Assembly: GCA_963666985.2 (NCBI GenBank)
Contig: CAXXIA010000002.1
Span: forward strand, 1,504,001 to 1,568,000
DNA from: Spirochaetia bacterium
GTDB lineage: Bacteria > Spirochaetota > Spirochaetia > DSM-2461
Length of the DNA stretch: 64,000 nucleotides
Reading direction: 5' to 3'
The notes beneath the pieces were generated by a model. The model was not told the DNA's origin. It did not search any database and was given only the letters and a program-made list of their open reading frames with translations. Shown one piece after another: positions 16,616 to 26,684 of the stretch (positions are counted from its first letter, which is position 1; the number at the start of each line of letters is the position of its first letter). The position numbers and the translations under genes were made by a program.

Positions 16616-18790
16616 ATGTTCAGCGAACTTTGGAAAAAACTCATTCATCGCGTCATGCTCTCATCCTCGCCCAATGCCCACGAGGCGGAAATGAACAGCG
16701 GCGCCGTCGAAGATTTGGATTTTAAAGGCTCTTCCGACAGCGGCGGAAGTCCCGCCGAACGAACGGAGAAAATTCTCTCGGCGATGACTCTCGAGGAAAA
16801 AATAGGCTTTATCGGCGGTTATAAGTCTCTGGCGATTCGCGCCCTGCCGCGATTCGGTCTGCCGTCGGTATGGATGACCGATGCCTCCAGCGGCCCGCGC
16901 TGTTTCGGCCCCACCACGGCCTTTCCTTCGGCGGTGGCCATGGCGGCCGCATGGGATACGGATCTGACCGCCGCTTCGGCGGATCATATCGCCGAAATGA
17001 CGCGGGCCAAAGGCGTTTCGATTCTCCTCGGACCGGGTGTGAACATCGCCCGCATCCCCACTTGCGGACGCAATTTCGAATACCTTGGGGAAGATCCCTA
17101 CCTGGCCGGCGTTCAGGCCACAGCGTACGTGAAAGCCTGCGCAAAACGCGGCGTTATCTGCACCGTCAAACACATGGCGGTTAACAATTCCGAATACGAT
17201 CGGCATAAAATCTCCTCGGACCTTGATGAGAGAACCCTTCGGGAAATCTACCTTCCGGCGTTTGAAAGGACGGTAACCGAAGGAAAAACGCGGGCCGTTA
17301 TGTCCTCTTACAATCCCGTCAACGGTACCTGGGCCAGCGAAAACCGCCTCCTGCTCACCGACATTCTCAGAACCGAATGGGGCTTCGACGGCATGGTCGT
17401 CTCGGATTGGAATTCCCTCTATTCCACATCGGGCCCTTTAAAAGCCGGACTCGACATCGAGATGCCCAAGGCGAAATGGCTCTCGCCCAAACGGATCAAA
17501 GCGGCCCTCGCGGCCGGCTCGGTCGACGAGACCGACCTGAACCGCATGGTCGGCAATCTGCTGCGCACCCTTTTCGCCGCCGGGGTTTACGACCGGCCGG
17601 TTAAAGATCCCGATTCAAGAGAATTCCATCCGGACCACGATGCGGCGGCGCTCGAAGCGGCGAGAAGCGGCATCGTCCTTTTGAAAAACGACGGCGCCGC
17701 CCTTCCGCTTCCCGAAGGGAAAGGCGTTACCATCGCCGTCTGCGGTCCGCCGGAAGTGCAGAGCGCCGTTTTGGGCGGCGGTTCCTGCAATATCGTTAAA
17801 ACCACCGGAACCGTCGCTCTGCCCGACGGCATGAAGAATATCGCCGCCGAAGGCACCGCCGTCATTACGATTCCCTGGAATAAAGGACATCTCGACGAAG
17901 CGGCACGAAAGATACTGGGCGAAGCGGACGCCGTCGTGATTGCCTGCGGCTATCACTACATTACCGAAAGCGAACTCTATGAACGGCCCTGGATTCTGCC
18001 CAAAGCGCAGAGGCGGCTCATAAAAGAGGCATCCGCCTTAAATCCGCGGACCGTGGTAACGCTGAACACCGGCGGCGATGTGGAAACAGAAAGCTGGATA
18101 TCCGGAGTACCGGCTCTGCTCCACGGTTTCTTCCTCGGCCAATCGGTGGGCACGGCCCTGGCCGAAGTTCTCTTCGGCAGAGCGAATCCTTCCGGCCGGC
18201 TGCCGTTCACCATGGCGAAAAAATGGACCGACATCGCCGCCGTGAAGAACTACCCCAAACGCTATTGGAAAACCACGCTGGGCCGCATGATTGTGGGACA
18301 GGGAAACCCGCATTGGCGGCGCATGCGGCATTGGCGTTATACCGAAGGACTCATGATCGGGTACCGGCATTTCGATACGGCCGGAATCGAACCCGCCTTT
18401 CCCTTCGGGCACGGCCTGAGCTACACGGAATTCAAACTCGACGACTTGCGTCTTTCCCGAAAAAAAATCGGAGCCGAGGATGCCCTCGACGTAACGGTTC
18501 GGGTAACCAACACCGGCAACCGGCCGGGTGCCGAGGTGGTGCAGATTTACATTGAAGACGTCGAAAGCCGTCTGCCGAGGCCGAAAAAAGAACTGAAGGG
18601 GTTCGCGAAAGTTCGTCTGAATCCCGGTGAATCCGCCGACGTGAAAATCAAACTGGAACCGAGAGCTTTCCGCTATTGGGATCCCGACGCCGAAGGCGGC
18701 GGCACATGGATCTTCGAACCCGGTGAATTCCGCGTCCTGGCGGGACGAAGTTCCCGAAGAATCGACCTGGAAAAAACAATTTCAGGATAA
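16616..18790 (+). CDS. GH3 beta-glucosidase-like glycoside hydrolase with Fn3-like C-terminus
   Basis: MTLEEK, GPGVNIAR, GRNFEYLGEDP, KH, VSDW (nucleophile Asp), IVLLKN, NPSGRLP, FPFGHGLSY, KELKGF. Confidence 0.95.
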   Translation: MFSELWKKLIHRVMLSSSPNAHEAEMNSGAVEDLDFKGSSDSGGSPAERTEKILSAMTLEEKIGFIGGYKSLAIRALPRFGLPSVWMTDASSGPRCFGPTTAFPSAVAMAAAWDTDLTAASADHIAEMTRAKGVSILLGPGVNIARIPTCGRNFEYLGEDPYLAGVQATAYVKACAKRGVICTVKHMAVNNSEYDRHKISSDLDERTLREIYLPAFERTVTEGKTRAVMSSYNPVNGTWASENRLLLTDILRTEWGFDGMVVSDWNSLYSTSGPLKAGLDIEMPKAKWLSPKRIKAALAAGSVDETDLNRMVGNLLRTLFAAGVYDRPVKDPDSREFHPDHDAAALEAARSGIVLLKNDGAALPLPEGKGVTIAVCGPPEVQSAVLGGGSCNIVKTTGTVALPDGMKNIAAEGTAVITIPWNKGHLDEAARKILGEADAVVIACGYHYITESELYERPWILPKAQRRLIKEASALNPRTVVTLNTGGDVETESWISGVPALLHGFFLGQSVGTALAEVLFGRANPSGRLPFTMAKKWTDIAAVKNYPKRYWKTTLGRMIVGQGNPHWRRMRHWRYTEGLMIGYRHFDTAGIEPAFPFGHGLSYTEFKLDDLRLSRKKIGAEDALDVTVRVTNTGNRPGAEVVQIYIEDVESRLPRPKKELKGFAKVRLNPGESADVKIKLEPRAFRYWDPDAEGGGTWIFEPGEFRVLAGRSSRRIDLEKTISG

Positions 18791-18845
18791 TAACAGGCTG
18801 GCGAAAAACCGCATTCCCGATACAATTCCGGTCCGAAGCGGAGTT

Positions 18846-20189
18846 ATGGACCACAGTATCGATAAAAGAATGAACATCATCTCTCTTACCTGGCCCATCT
18901 GGATTGAAACGGCCCTGCGAATGACGTTCATGTCGGTGGATGTCTTCATGCTTTCGGCCTATTCGGACAGAGCCGTCGCGGCCGTCGGTGTTATGTCCCA
19001 GATGGGATTTTTCATCATCATTCTTTTCATGACCGTCTCGGCCGGTGCCGGTATCCTCATATCTCAGGCAAACGGCGCGGGAAAGAAAGAAAAAGCCGCG
19101 AATATGGCTATGGCCGGAGTCCTGATGTCCACGGTATTCGGCGTTATCATCAGTATTCTAATCCGCGTTTTTACACGTCCCATCATCGGAGTTTTCGAAA
19201 TGGAATCCGATGTCGCCGAATACGCACGCGAGTATCTTGCGATTTTCGGTTCTTTTTCTTTCACCATCGCCCTGAGCACCATCTTTACATCCATTCTGCG
19301 CTCCTTCGGTTATTCCAAGCCGCCCATGTACATCAACATGGCCGCAAATATTCTGAATATCGTTGGAAATTATCTATTTATTTTCGGGCCTTTCGGCATA
19401 CCGGTTCTGGGTGTTGTCGGTGTTGCCGTCTCAACCGTGGTTTCCCGCGGTTTGGGGGCCGTCGTCATGCTGATCATCATTCTCAAAAAAAACGACATTC
19501 CTTTCGAAGCCTCACGCGTCTCCAAAATCGGTTTTCAGGAAATTAAACACATCCTCTCTCTCGGAATTCCCCATGCCGGAGAAAATCTTTCGTTTAATTT
19601 GGCCCAAATGGTCTCGCTCTGGGCGATTTCCCGCATGGGAACCGCCAGTCTTTCGGCCTATTCCTATGCCGTTTCGATTTCCCGCTTTATCTATTTAACC
19701 CCGTTTTCCATCGGCCAGGGCTCCATGGTTCTGGTTGGCTACCTGGTCGGAGCCGGGCAATACGAGGAAGCTTACCGGAAAGTCTTTCGCTATTACGCCG
19801 TCTCGGTCCTCTTAACAATAACCATGGCCGCGACAATTGCCGTTTTTCGGTTCCCCATTACGAGAATCTTCACAGACGATCCGAAAATCACCGCCCTTAC
19901 CGCCTCCATCCTCCTCTACTCTCTGGTCTATGAACCGGGAAGAACGGCGAATCTGATATTCGTCAACGCCATCAAAGGCGCCGGAGACATAAAATTCCCG
20001 GTCGGCGTCGCGCTTGTAACAATGTGGCTGCTGGCGGCGGGAGGATCCTATCTTCTGGGACTGGGCCTTGGAATCGGCGTTTTAGGTGTTTTCATCGCCT
20101 TTTCCGCCGACGAATGGATTCGGGGATTCATTATGTTTCTCCGATGGAAAAGCCGCCGATGGGAAAGGGCTACGGCCGGCGGCCTTTAA
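18846..20189 (+). CDS. MATE-family efflux transporter
   Basis: LTWPIWIE, VDVFMLS, AVAAVG, NILNIVGNYLFIFG, GVAVST; about 12 TM segments. Confidence 0.93.
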   Translation: MDHSIDKRMNIISLTWPIWIETALRMTFMSVDVFMLSAYSDRAVAAVGVMSQMGFFIIILFMTVSAGAGILISQANGAGKKEKAANMAMAGVLMSTVFGVIISILIRVFTRPIIGVFEMESDVAEYAREYLAIFGSFSFTIALSTIFTSILRSFGYSKPPMYINMAANILNIVGNYLFIFGPFGIPVLGVVGVAVSTVVSRGLGAVVMLIIILKKNDIPFEASRVSKIGFQEIKHILSLGIPHAGENLSFNLAQMVSLWAISRMGTASLSAYSYAVSISRFIYLTPFSIGQGSMVLVGYLVGAGQYEEAYRKVFRYYAVSVLLTITMAATIAVFRFPITRIFTDDPKITALTASILLYSLVYEPGRTANLIFVNAIKGAGDIKFPVGVALVTMWLLAAGGSYLLGLGLGIGVLGVFIAFSADEWIRGFIMFLRWKSRRWERATAGGL

Positions 20190-20268
20190 AATCGAAGGAT
20201 TATTTGAAAGCGCCTGAAATTATAATATTTATAGAGGACATAATAATTCAAATAATTAATAATATTGT

Positions 20269-22059
20269 ATGCGCCTCAGCCTGTTGAAAATCGGCATAAT
20301 GGCGTTCCTCGTCGGTTTTCCGTACTTGGAACCGGCGGCCGCCGAGACCCATACTCCCACCGCGTACGCGGGAATAATGGATCTGACGTCCAACGAGGAC
20401 ATGGGGATTCAGCATCTTAGAGGGGAATGGATGTTCACCTCGGAAGACGGTTCGGCACCCATCCCCATACAAGTACCGGGCACGTGGAATCACATCACCG
20501 GAAATCCCTACTCGGAAGGAGTGTATACCCTGCGGCTTTTGCCGCCGACTTCCGCGGCGGAAAAAGCCGCTATTGGAGGACTGCTTCTTCCGGAACTTTC
20601 CCAAGCGCTTGAAGTCCGCGTGAACGGCCGGCTGATTTTCTCTTCCGGAGACATGAAAACGGGAAAGGCGGATTTCACCCGGGAACTTATTCCGTTCATG
20701 ATTGAGCCGGAAATCCTTTTATCCATAAAAATAAAAAACGCGCAATTTCGTAACGGCGGACTCCTCTACGTTCCTGTTTTCAGCGACTACGATCAGCTCA
20801 AAAGATTCAGAGAAAGAAAAATCTTCTTAGAAGCATTGATAATCGGGATACTGCTGCTGGTTGCGCTTTATCACCTTCTGCTGTTCGCCTGGCGATACCA
20901 GAACGTTTCGGCCCTGTATTTGGGATTTGCGGCCCTGCTCATGATTTTCCGGGGACTCACGACGGGCGAAAATCTTATTACCGTCCTCTTTCCCAATTTC
21001 TCATGGACTCTCGATTACCGGATTGAATACATTTCGGCCTATCTCAGCGCCCTGGCGCTTCTGCGCTTCCTCGATACGACCTTCCCATTCCGGAATCAAT
21101 TCGTTAAAGGAGCCATAACGATAATTTCCGGATGTATTATTGCCGTATCGCTCTTCACGACGGTTCTCCCCATTTCCCTTCTCAGCAAGACCGTTTATCT
21201 CCTTCAGGGATGTATTTTAATCTGTTTATTACTCGGACTTGCCGTTATCATCCACGGTTATAAAGAAAAAAAAGCGGCATCAGATTTGTTTTTCTGGGGA
21301 GGTCTTATAAGTATCGTCCTCTTCATCGGCGATTGCGCTTACTACTTATTTCTCCCGTTCAGCATTTTTAATTCCGGACTAATCGGCATACTTATTTTTC
21401 TTCTTGTACAAACCTTCGTTCTTTCACGGATTTACGGCACCGCCTATCTCCGGGCGGAAAGTTTAACCAGAACCCTGGAAGATGAGGTTTTGAAACGAAC
21501 CGCCGCTCTGGAAAATACGAATCATTCGCTTCAGGAAGAAATTACGCAAAGAAAACGGGTGGAAGAACGGCTCACGGTTCTTTCCACCACCGATCCGCTG
21601 ACGGGCGCGGCGAATCGAAATAAAATGAACGCCCTTCTGGAACAAAATCATAAGGTGTTCTTACGATACGAAACCTGTTACGGACTCATCATGTTCGACG
21701 TGGATCACTTCAAGCGCGTGAACGACCGATACGGACATGCCGTCGGCGACCGGGTTTTAAAAAGGCTTGTCGAGATTACACTCGGCGTTATCCGGCAATG
21801 CGACATTCTGGCACGCTGGGGAGGAGAAGAATTCCTGGTTCTTCTGCCCACGCTGGATATTGAAGGGACGGTTTCCGCGGCGGAACGGATTCGTTCGGCT
21901 CTGGAAGAAGAAACACACCCCGAGGTGGGGACGGTCACCGCGAGTTTCGGAGCCACGATTCCCCAAAACCGGGAAACCATGAAGGATATATTGGCCCGTT
22001 TGGACGGCTATCTTTACAAGGCAAAGCAGGAAGGGCGAAACAGGGTTGTCCATCGGTAA
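20269..22059 (+). CDS. Diguanylate cyclase with extracytoplasmic and 7TM (7TMR-DISM-like) sensor
   Basis: Signal peptide, LRGEWMF/VPGTW domain, ~7 TMs, coiled coil, DPLTG, FDVDHFK, RQCD (I-site), WGGEEF. Confidence 0.92.
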   Translation: MRLSLLKIGIMAFLVGFPYLEPAAAETHTPTAYAGIMDLTSNEDMGIQHLRGEWMFTSEDGSAPIPIQVPGTWNHITGNPYSEGVYTLRLLPPTSAAEKAAIGGLLLPELSQALEVRVNGRLIFSSGDMKTGKADFTRELIPFMIEPEILLSIKIKNAQFRNGGLLYVPVFSDYDQLKRFRERKIFLEALIIGILLLVALYHLLLFAWRYQNVSALYLGFAALLMIFRGLTTGENLITVLFPNFSWTLDYRIEYISAYLSALALLRFLDTTFPFRNQFVKGAITIISGCIIAVSLFTTVLPISLLSKTVYLLQGCILICLLLGLAVIIHGYKEKKAASDLFFWGGLISIVLFIGDCAYYLFLPFSIFNSGLIGILIFLLVQTFVLSRIYGTAYLRAESLTRTLEDEVLKRTAALENTNHSLQEEITQRKRVEERLTVLSTTDPLTGAANRNKMNALLEQNHKVFLRYETCYGLIMFDVDHFKRVNDRYGHAVGDRVLKRLVEITLGVIRQCDILARWGGEEFLVLLPTLDIEGTVSAAERIRSALEEETHPEVGTVTASFGATIPQNRETMKDILARLDGYLYKAKQEGRNRVVHR

Positions 22060-22102
22060 ACCTTATTTCCAACGACTGCTTACTCAACCGTGTGAGGCTC
22101 CG

Positions 22103-22993
22103 ATGAAAAATAATGCCAATCAAAGCCGCCTCAAGGCTTCCTTCTGGGTTCTGCTCTGCGTGGCGCTTTGGGCTCTTATTCCGGTTGTGTCCAAACTGGG
22201 TCAGGAGAGTCTGGACAACCATCAGTTTCTCTTCTGGTCCAGCATGGTTTCCTTCGGCACGCTCATAACCGCGGCCGGCGCAAGGGGCAGGCTCCGCGAA
22301 ATTCGTGAATTGCGGCCGCAAGAATTCTTAAAGCTCGGCATCCTCGGACTCCTGGGAACCTATATTTACTATCTCTTCCTCTATTTGGGCTATGCCCGGG
22401 CCGAAGGCATGGAAGTTCTGGTAATCCAATACACTTGGCCTTTTTTTATCGTGATCCTCTCCGCGCCGCTCCTCGGTGAACATCTGACGATAAAAAACAT
22501 CGCGGCGGCGCTTCTCGGATTCTCCGGAGTTCTTCTTGTACTGAGTAAAGGATCGTTTGGCTCCGTCCGTCTTTCGGACGGCCGAACAATCGCCCTGGTT
22601 CTGTTGGGCGCGTTCTGTTTCGCGCTGTTTTCCGTGTTGGGGAAAAAAATCTCTATAGATCCCTTAATCGCGACGGCCGTGTATTTTTTCGCCGCGATGA
22701 TTGCCTCGGGTGTGTCCATGCTTGTTTTCTCGGGCTGGAAAGTACCGCTGCGCTCCGAACTTCTTCCCATCCTGCTGAACGGGATTCTTGTCAACGGCGT
22801 CTCTTATTTGTTCTGGTTCTTTGCCCTGCGTGCCGGATCGGCATCCTACGTTGCGCCCTTCGTTTACCTGACGCCCGTTGTTTCGGCCGTTTATCTTATC
22901 CTGTTGTTCAAGCAGCCTTTCATTCCCGTTTATGCGGCGGGAATCGGTTTGGTTCTCGCCGGAGGACTGTTGAATTCCATCGGGAACGGCTGA
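22103..22993 (+). CDS. EamA/DMT-family transporter
   Basis: About 10 TMs; QYTWP, LLGE, YLTPV. Confidence 0.9.
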   Translation: MKNNANQSRLKASFWVLLCVALWALIPVVSKLGQESLDNHQFLFWSSMVSFGTLITAAGARGRLREIRELRPQEFLKLGILGLLGTYIYYLFLYLGYARAEGMEVLVIQYTWPFFIVILSAPLLGEHLTIKNIAAALLGFSGVLLVLSKGSFGSVRLSDGRTIALVLLGAFCFALFSVLGKKISIDPLIATAVYFFAAMIASGVSMLVFSGWKVPLRSELLPILLNGILVNGVSYLFWFFALRAGSASYVAPFVYLTPVVSAVYLILLFKQPFIPVYAAGIGLVLAGGLLNSIGNG

Positions 22994-23016
22994 ACGCGGC
23001 GACGCATCCGGCGGGG

Positions 23017-23601
23017 TCATTCCAAAACAACAAGACTCCGTCTATCACGGCGCAGCGCTTCGCGTTCTTCAAGCCTCTTTATCGCCCGATTAACCGACCG
23101 TTCGCTCACCCCGAAATAATCGGCGTACATTTTTCGCGTAAAATGGATTCCTCCGCGGCTGTTTTCACGAATGAGTTTAAGGAGCAATTCATCCGTTGAA
23201 AGGGAAAGCGCGTCGCTGGTTCTCAGCGACAGCCGCCGGAACCGAGCGCTTAAAGAGCGAAAAAGATGATTTCTGAATTCGGGGATTCCGTCGATAAGAG
23301 CCTGAAAACCCGGATAATCGAGTTCCAAAAGTTCGGTCTCATAAACGCTTTGAATATGACAAAGGAGCGGATCGCCCAGGAAAAACTCCACTTCGCCGAG
23401 CATCTCATTCTTCCCCATCAGATCGATCAGCATCTCTTTTCCGTCGTTTCCGCTTCGGAAAAGCTTCACCAATCCCGAGATGATGAAATACACGGCCTTC
23501 AGAGGGTCGCCCTGAACAACCAGGAATTCTCCCGGTGCAATCCTTTTGCGAATCGGCTGAACGGACGAATTTTCGATCAGGCCGACAATGTTCACTTCCA
23601 T
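23017..23601 (-). CDS. Crp/Fnr-family transcriptional regulator
   Basis: cNMP-like barrel (YFIISG, DGKE, LGEVE) plus HTH (ADYFGVSERSVNR). Confidence 0.9.
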   Translation of the reverse strand: MEVNIVGLIENSSVQPIRKRIAPGEFLVVQGDPLKAVYFIISGLVKLFRSGNDGKEMLIDLMGKNEMLGEVEFFLGDPLLCHIQSVYETELLELDYPGFQALIDGIPEFRNHLFRSLSARFRRLSLRTSDALSLSTDELLLKLIRENSRGGIHFTRKMYADYFGVSERSVNRAIKRLEEREALRRDRRSLVVLE

Positions 23602-23618
23602 ATTTTTTCACCGCAACG

Positions 23619-23630
23619 GGACATTTGTCC
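23619..23630. promoter_or_regulatory. Palindromic candidate operator between divergent Crp/Fnr and DMT genes
   Basis: GGACA-TT-TGTCC. Confidence 0.5.
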
Positions 23631-23720
23631 TATCAATGTTTTTCATTCATCATCATATTCACCCCGAGGCCGTCCGAAAAAAGCCCGGCCATTCCGATAG
23701 ACTCTTAAGCGGAGAACAAT

Positions 23721-24164
23721 ATGACTACTTTATTCTATTATGCGGTCTGTTTGGTATTGGGATCCCTGATGACGTTTCATGTTTCCATGAATGCACGCGT
23801 GGGCACGCTGGTCGGCAATCCTTTTTTCGCCAATATGATTTTCTGGATTCTCGGAGCAATCGTCGCCGTGTTTACCTACTTCATTCACGGAGAAAAAGTG
23901 GGCCTTGCTCAGGCCCTCGAAGTACCGCTCTGGCTGTATACGGCGGGTATTCTCGGCGTCGGGATTTCTCTGGGAATTGTCTGTTTAATTCCAAAAGTCG
24001 GTATCGCGGGATTTACCATCATTATCCTCATCGGGCAGCTGATCTGTTCGGGCACCATGGGAGCGACCGGCTGCCTTTCGGACGGTATTACGCCAATCAA
24101 TCCCGCGAAGCTAATCGGCTATCTGCTCACGGCCGTAGGCGGATATCTGGTTATTGCCCGCTGA
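23721..24164 (+). CDS. DMT-family (YdcZ/DUF606-like) transporter
   Basis: SMNARV, PLWLYTAGILG, GQLICS; 5 TMs. Confidence 0.85.
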   Translation: MTTLFYYAVCLVLGSLMTFHVSMNARVGTLVGNPFFANMIFWILGAIVAVFTYFIHGEKVGLAQALEVPLWLYTAGILGVGISLGIVCLIPKVGIAGFTIIILIGQLICSGTMGATGCLSDGITPINPAKLIGYLLTAVGGYLVIAR

Positions 24165-24216
24165 AACAAGTCCCGGACGAATCTTGTATGAAAAATTATC
24201 GTTGATGGCATTGGAT

Positions 24217-24324
24217 GGCCCGGCGCGTTCGGCGCCGCCGCTCCTATCCGCCTCTCCGCTTTGCTTCGGCCTTTCAGGGCCGAAGCCGAAAAGGCCGCTT
24301 TGCGCACTTCCCCCCGCCGCCGCG
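24217..24324 (+). repeat. ~108-bp structured repeat, copy A
   Basis: About 87/108 identical (manual alignment) to 30435-30541; central hairpin GCTTCGGCC-TTTCAG-GGCCGAAGC. Confidence 0.85.
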
Positions 24325-24336
24325 GTCGGGCGGCTC

Positions 24337-25515
24337 TTACTCCAGCCGCTTTCGAAACCTTAACAGACTGATACTGAAAATAATTATTCCCAAAATGAGA
24401 AGAGCCGCACCCTCATCCCAGAGTTCCGCGACTCCGGCCCCTTTCAGGTAAATACCCCGCACGATGGTGAAGTAATAGCGCAGCGGCAGAGCATAGGTTA
24501 AGGCGCGAATCGGCGCCGGCATGTTTTCCACCGGAAAAACGAATCCCGAGAGGATAATCATCGGCATCATTACGAAAAAAACCGATGCCATCATGGCCTG
24601 CTGCTGATTCTCCGAAAAAGTCGAAATCAAAAGTCCCAAACCCAGCGAGGAAAACAGAAAAACCAACGAAAACGCGAACAGCAGAAAAAACGATCCGGCG
24701 ATATCAAGTCCGAAAATAACCCGTGAGGCGCCGATTATCAAAAGAATGTCCAGAACACCTATGGCGATGAAAGGCAGCAGTTTTCCCAGAAGAATGTCGC
24801 GGGTTCCCAGAGGGGTTACGATAAGCTGCTCCATGGTGCCGATTTCCTTTTCCTTCACAACGGCCAGGGAGGTGAGCATCATGGTCATCACCATCAGCAC
24901 GAGGGCCAGCAATCCCGGAACCATGAAATCGCGGCTTTTCAGGGCCGGATTGAAGAATATGCGGGTTCGGATATCGATCGACGGAATCGAAAATCCCGAC
25001 GCGGTTATCCCGGAAGTTCCCCCGGAGCCGACGGACCCCGCGCCGGATGCCGCCGCGGCGGTCCCGCTCCCGCCGGCCGTCCCGTACTCCGAGGCATACC
25101 GGCTGATAATCCGCTCCGCGTATCCGGTGGCCACCACGGCCGTCGTCGAATCCGAACCGTCCGCGAAATACGCTATCTCCGGAGTTCTTCCGGCCTCCAG
25201 ATTCCGCCCGAATCCATCGGGGATTACCAGAGCGGCCGAGCCGCCGGCCCGCTCCATGCCCTCTTCAATGCTCTCGGAACCGTCAATATAACCGGCATTC
25301 AAAAAGAAACCCGACGAAAAAAACTCGGCCGTCAGCTCCCGGCTTCGAACCGTCCGGTCGAGATCGCAGACAACAACCGGAACATCCTTCGGTTCCAAAA
25401 CCGCGGCGTATCCGAGCAGAAGCAGCTGAACAACCGGTGCCAAAAGGACCATGGGAAGCATCCGCTTATCCCGCTTGAGCTGGCGGAACTCCTTTTTCAC
25501 CATCAAACCGATCAT
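24337..25515 (-). CDS. ABC-2 exporter permease (YbhR-like)
   Basis: KEFRQLKRD, KEKEIGTMEQLIVTP, LSGFVFPVENMP. Confidence 0.93.
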   Translation of the reverse strand: MIGLMVKKEFRQLKRDKRMLPMVLLAPVVQLLLLGYAAVLEPKDVPVVVCDLDRTVRSRELTAEFFSSGFFLNAGYIDGSESIEEGMERAGGSAALVIPDGFGRNLEAGRTPEIAYFADGSDSTTAVVATGYAERIISRYASEYGTAGGSGTAAAASGAGSVGSGGTSGITASGFSIPSIDIRTRIFFNPALKSRDFMVPGLLALVLMVMTMMLTSLAVVKEKEIGTMEQLIVTPLGTRDILLGKLLPFIAIGVLDILLIIGASRVIFGLDIAGSFFLLFAFSLVFLFSSLGLGLLISTFSENQQQAMMASVFFVMMPMIILSGFVFPVENMPAPIRALTYALPLRYYFTIVRGIYLKGAGVAELWDEGAALLILGIIIFSISLLRFRKRLE

Positions 25516-26684
25516 CGGAGCCTCCTGTTCCTGCGCGTCTTTCCGCGCCCGCCCCCGGCCAATCTGAGTCCGCTCACCCCCAGCATCACCGCAGAAAACA
25601 CCGCCAAGGCAAGCGCCTGCGGCCAAATGGAGCGCAGTCCCGCGCCGCGGAGAATCAAAGCCCTCTCGGCTTCCAGGAAATACCTCGCCGGAAAGATATA
25701 AGTAATCCCCTGAACAACAGGCGGCATATTCCGGATGGGAAACACGAAACCCGAAAGGATAAAGGTCGGCAGAACGGTCACGATCACCGAAAGAAGAAAC
25801 GCCGTCTGCTGCGTGTCGGCCAGCGTGGAAAGAAGCAGCCCGAGCCCCAGACAGCTGAGCAGAAACAGTGTCGTTACACAGAGAAGAAGCACATAGCTTC
25901 CCTTAATCTCCACCCCGAAAAAGAAACGCCCCGCGGCCAGAATCAGCATGGTTTCCCCCAGAGCCAGAACCATGTAGGGCACCGTCTTGCCCAGGATGAG
26001 CGAGAGAGGCCGAAGCGGAGAGGCCTCAAGCATCTCCATGGTTCCCCGCTCCTTCTCGCGGACCACCGACATCGCGGTGGAGATAACCGCCGTTATCACC
26101 ATGATGAACGACACAAGTCCCGGAACCAGGAAAACCGTGCTCCGAAGCTCCGGGTTGTACCAAGTGCGGGAGCGGACATCAATCGTTGATTGAATGCTGT
26201 CCGGATCAACTGATCCCGGCAGCGGAATTCGGCGTTCGAAAATCCTCCTTACAGCGAGTTTCGAGAGCGCCGCCTCGATATACCCTTGCGCCGTCGAGGC
26301 CACCGTTACATTCGAACCGTCGATCAGAATCTGAACCTCAGGTGTCTCTCCCGCCGTTAAATCCCTGCCGAATCCCGGCGGCAGAACAACAACCGCGTCG
26401 ACCGTTCCGTCCACCAGCGCCTCTTCCGCACCGCTCGCCGAAAACGAGACTTCCGCCCGTTCGAACACATCGCCGCTGCCGAACATTTCCAGCACTCGGC
26501 GGCTCTCCGGACTCCCGTCTCCGTCAACCACGGCGATGCCGACCGTCTCCACATCAAGACTGATGGCGAATCCGAATAAAACCAGAAGCAGCAGCGGCAC
26601 CACCAGAAGAATCCCCAGCGTCCTCGGATCGCGGATAATCTGCCGGAATTCCTTGCGGATCATGGCCGCCAGTTCAACCTTCAT
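25512..26684 (-). CDS. ABC-2 exporter permease (YbhS-like)
   Basis: KEFRQIIRD, WYNPEL, REKERGTME, LSGFVFPI. Confidence 0.93.
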   Translation of the reverse strand: MKVELAAMIRKEFRQIIRDPRTLGILLVVPLLLLVLFGFAISLDVETVGIAVVDGDGSPESRRVLEMFGSGDVFERAEVSFSASGAEEALVDGTVDAVVVLPPGFGRDLTAGETPEVQILIDGSNVTVASTAQGYIEAALSKLAVRRIFERRIPLPGSVDPDSIQSTIDVRSRTWYNPELRSTVFLVPGLVSFIMVITAVISTAMSVVREKERGTMEMLEASPLRPLSLILGKTVPYMVLALGETMLILAAGRFFFGVEIKGSYVLLLCVTTLFLLSCLGLGLLLSTLADTQQTAFLLSVIVTVLPTFILSGFVFPIRNMPPVVQGITYIFPARYFLEAERALILRGAGLRSIWPQALALAVFSAVMLGVSGLRLAGGGRGKTRRNRRLR

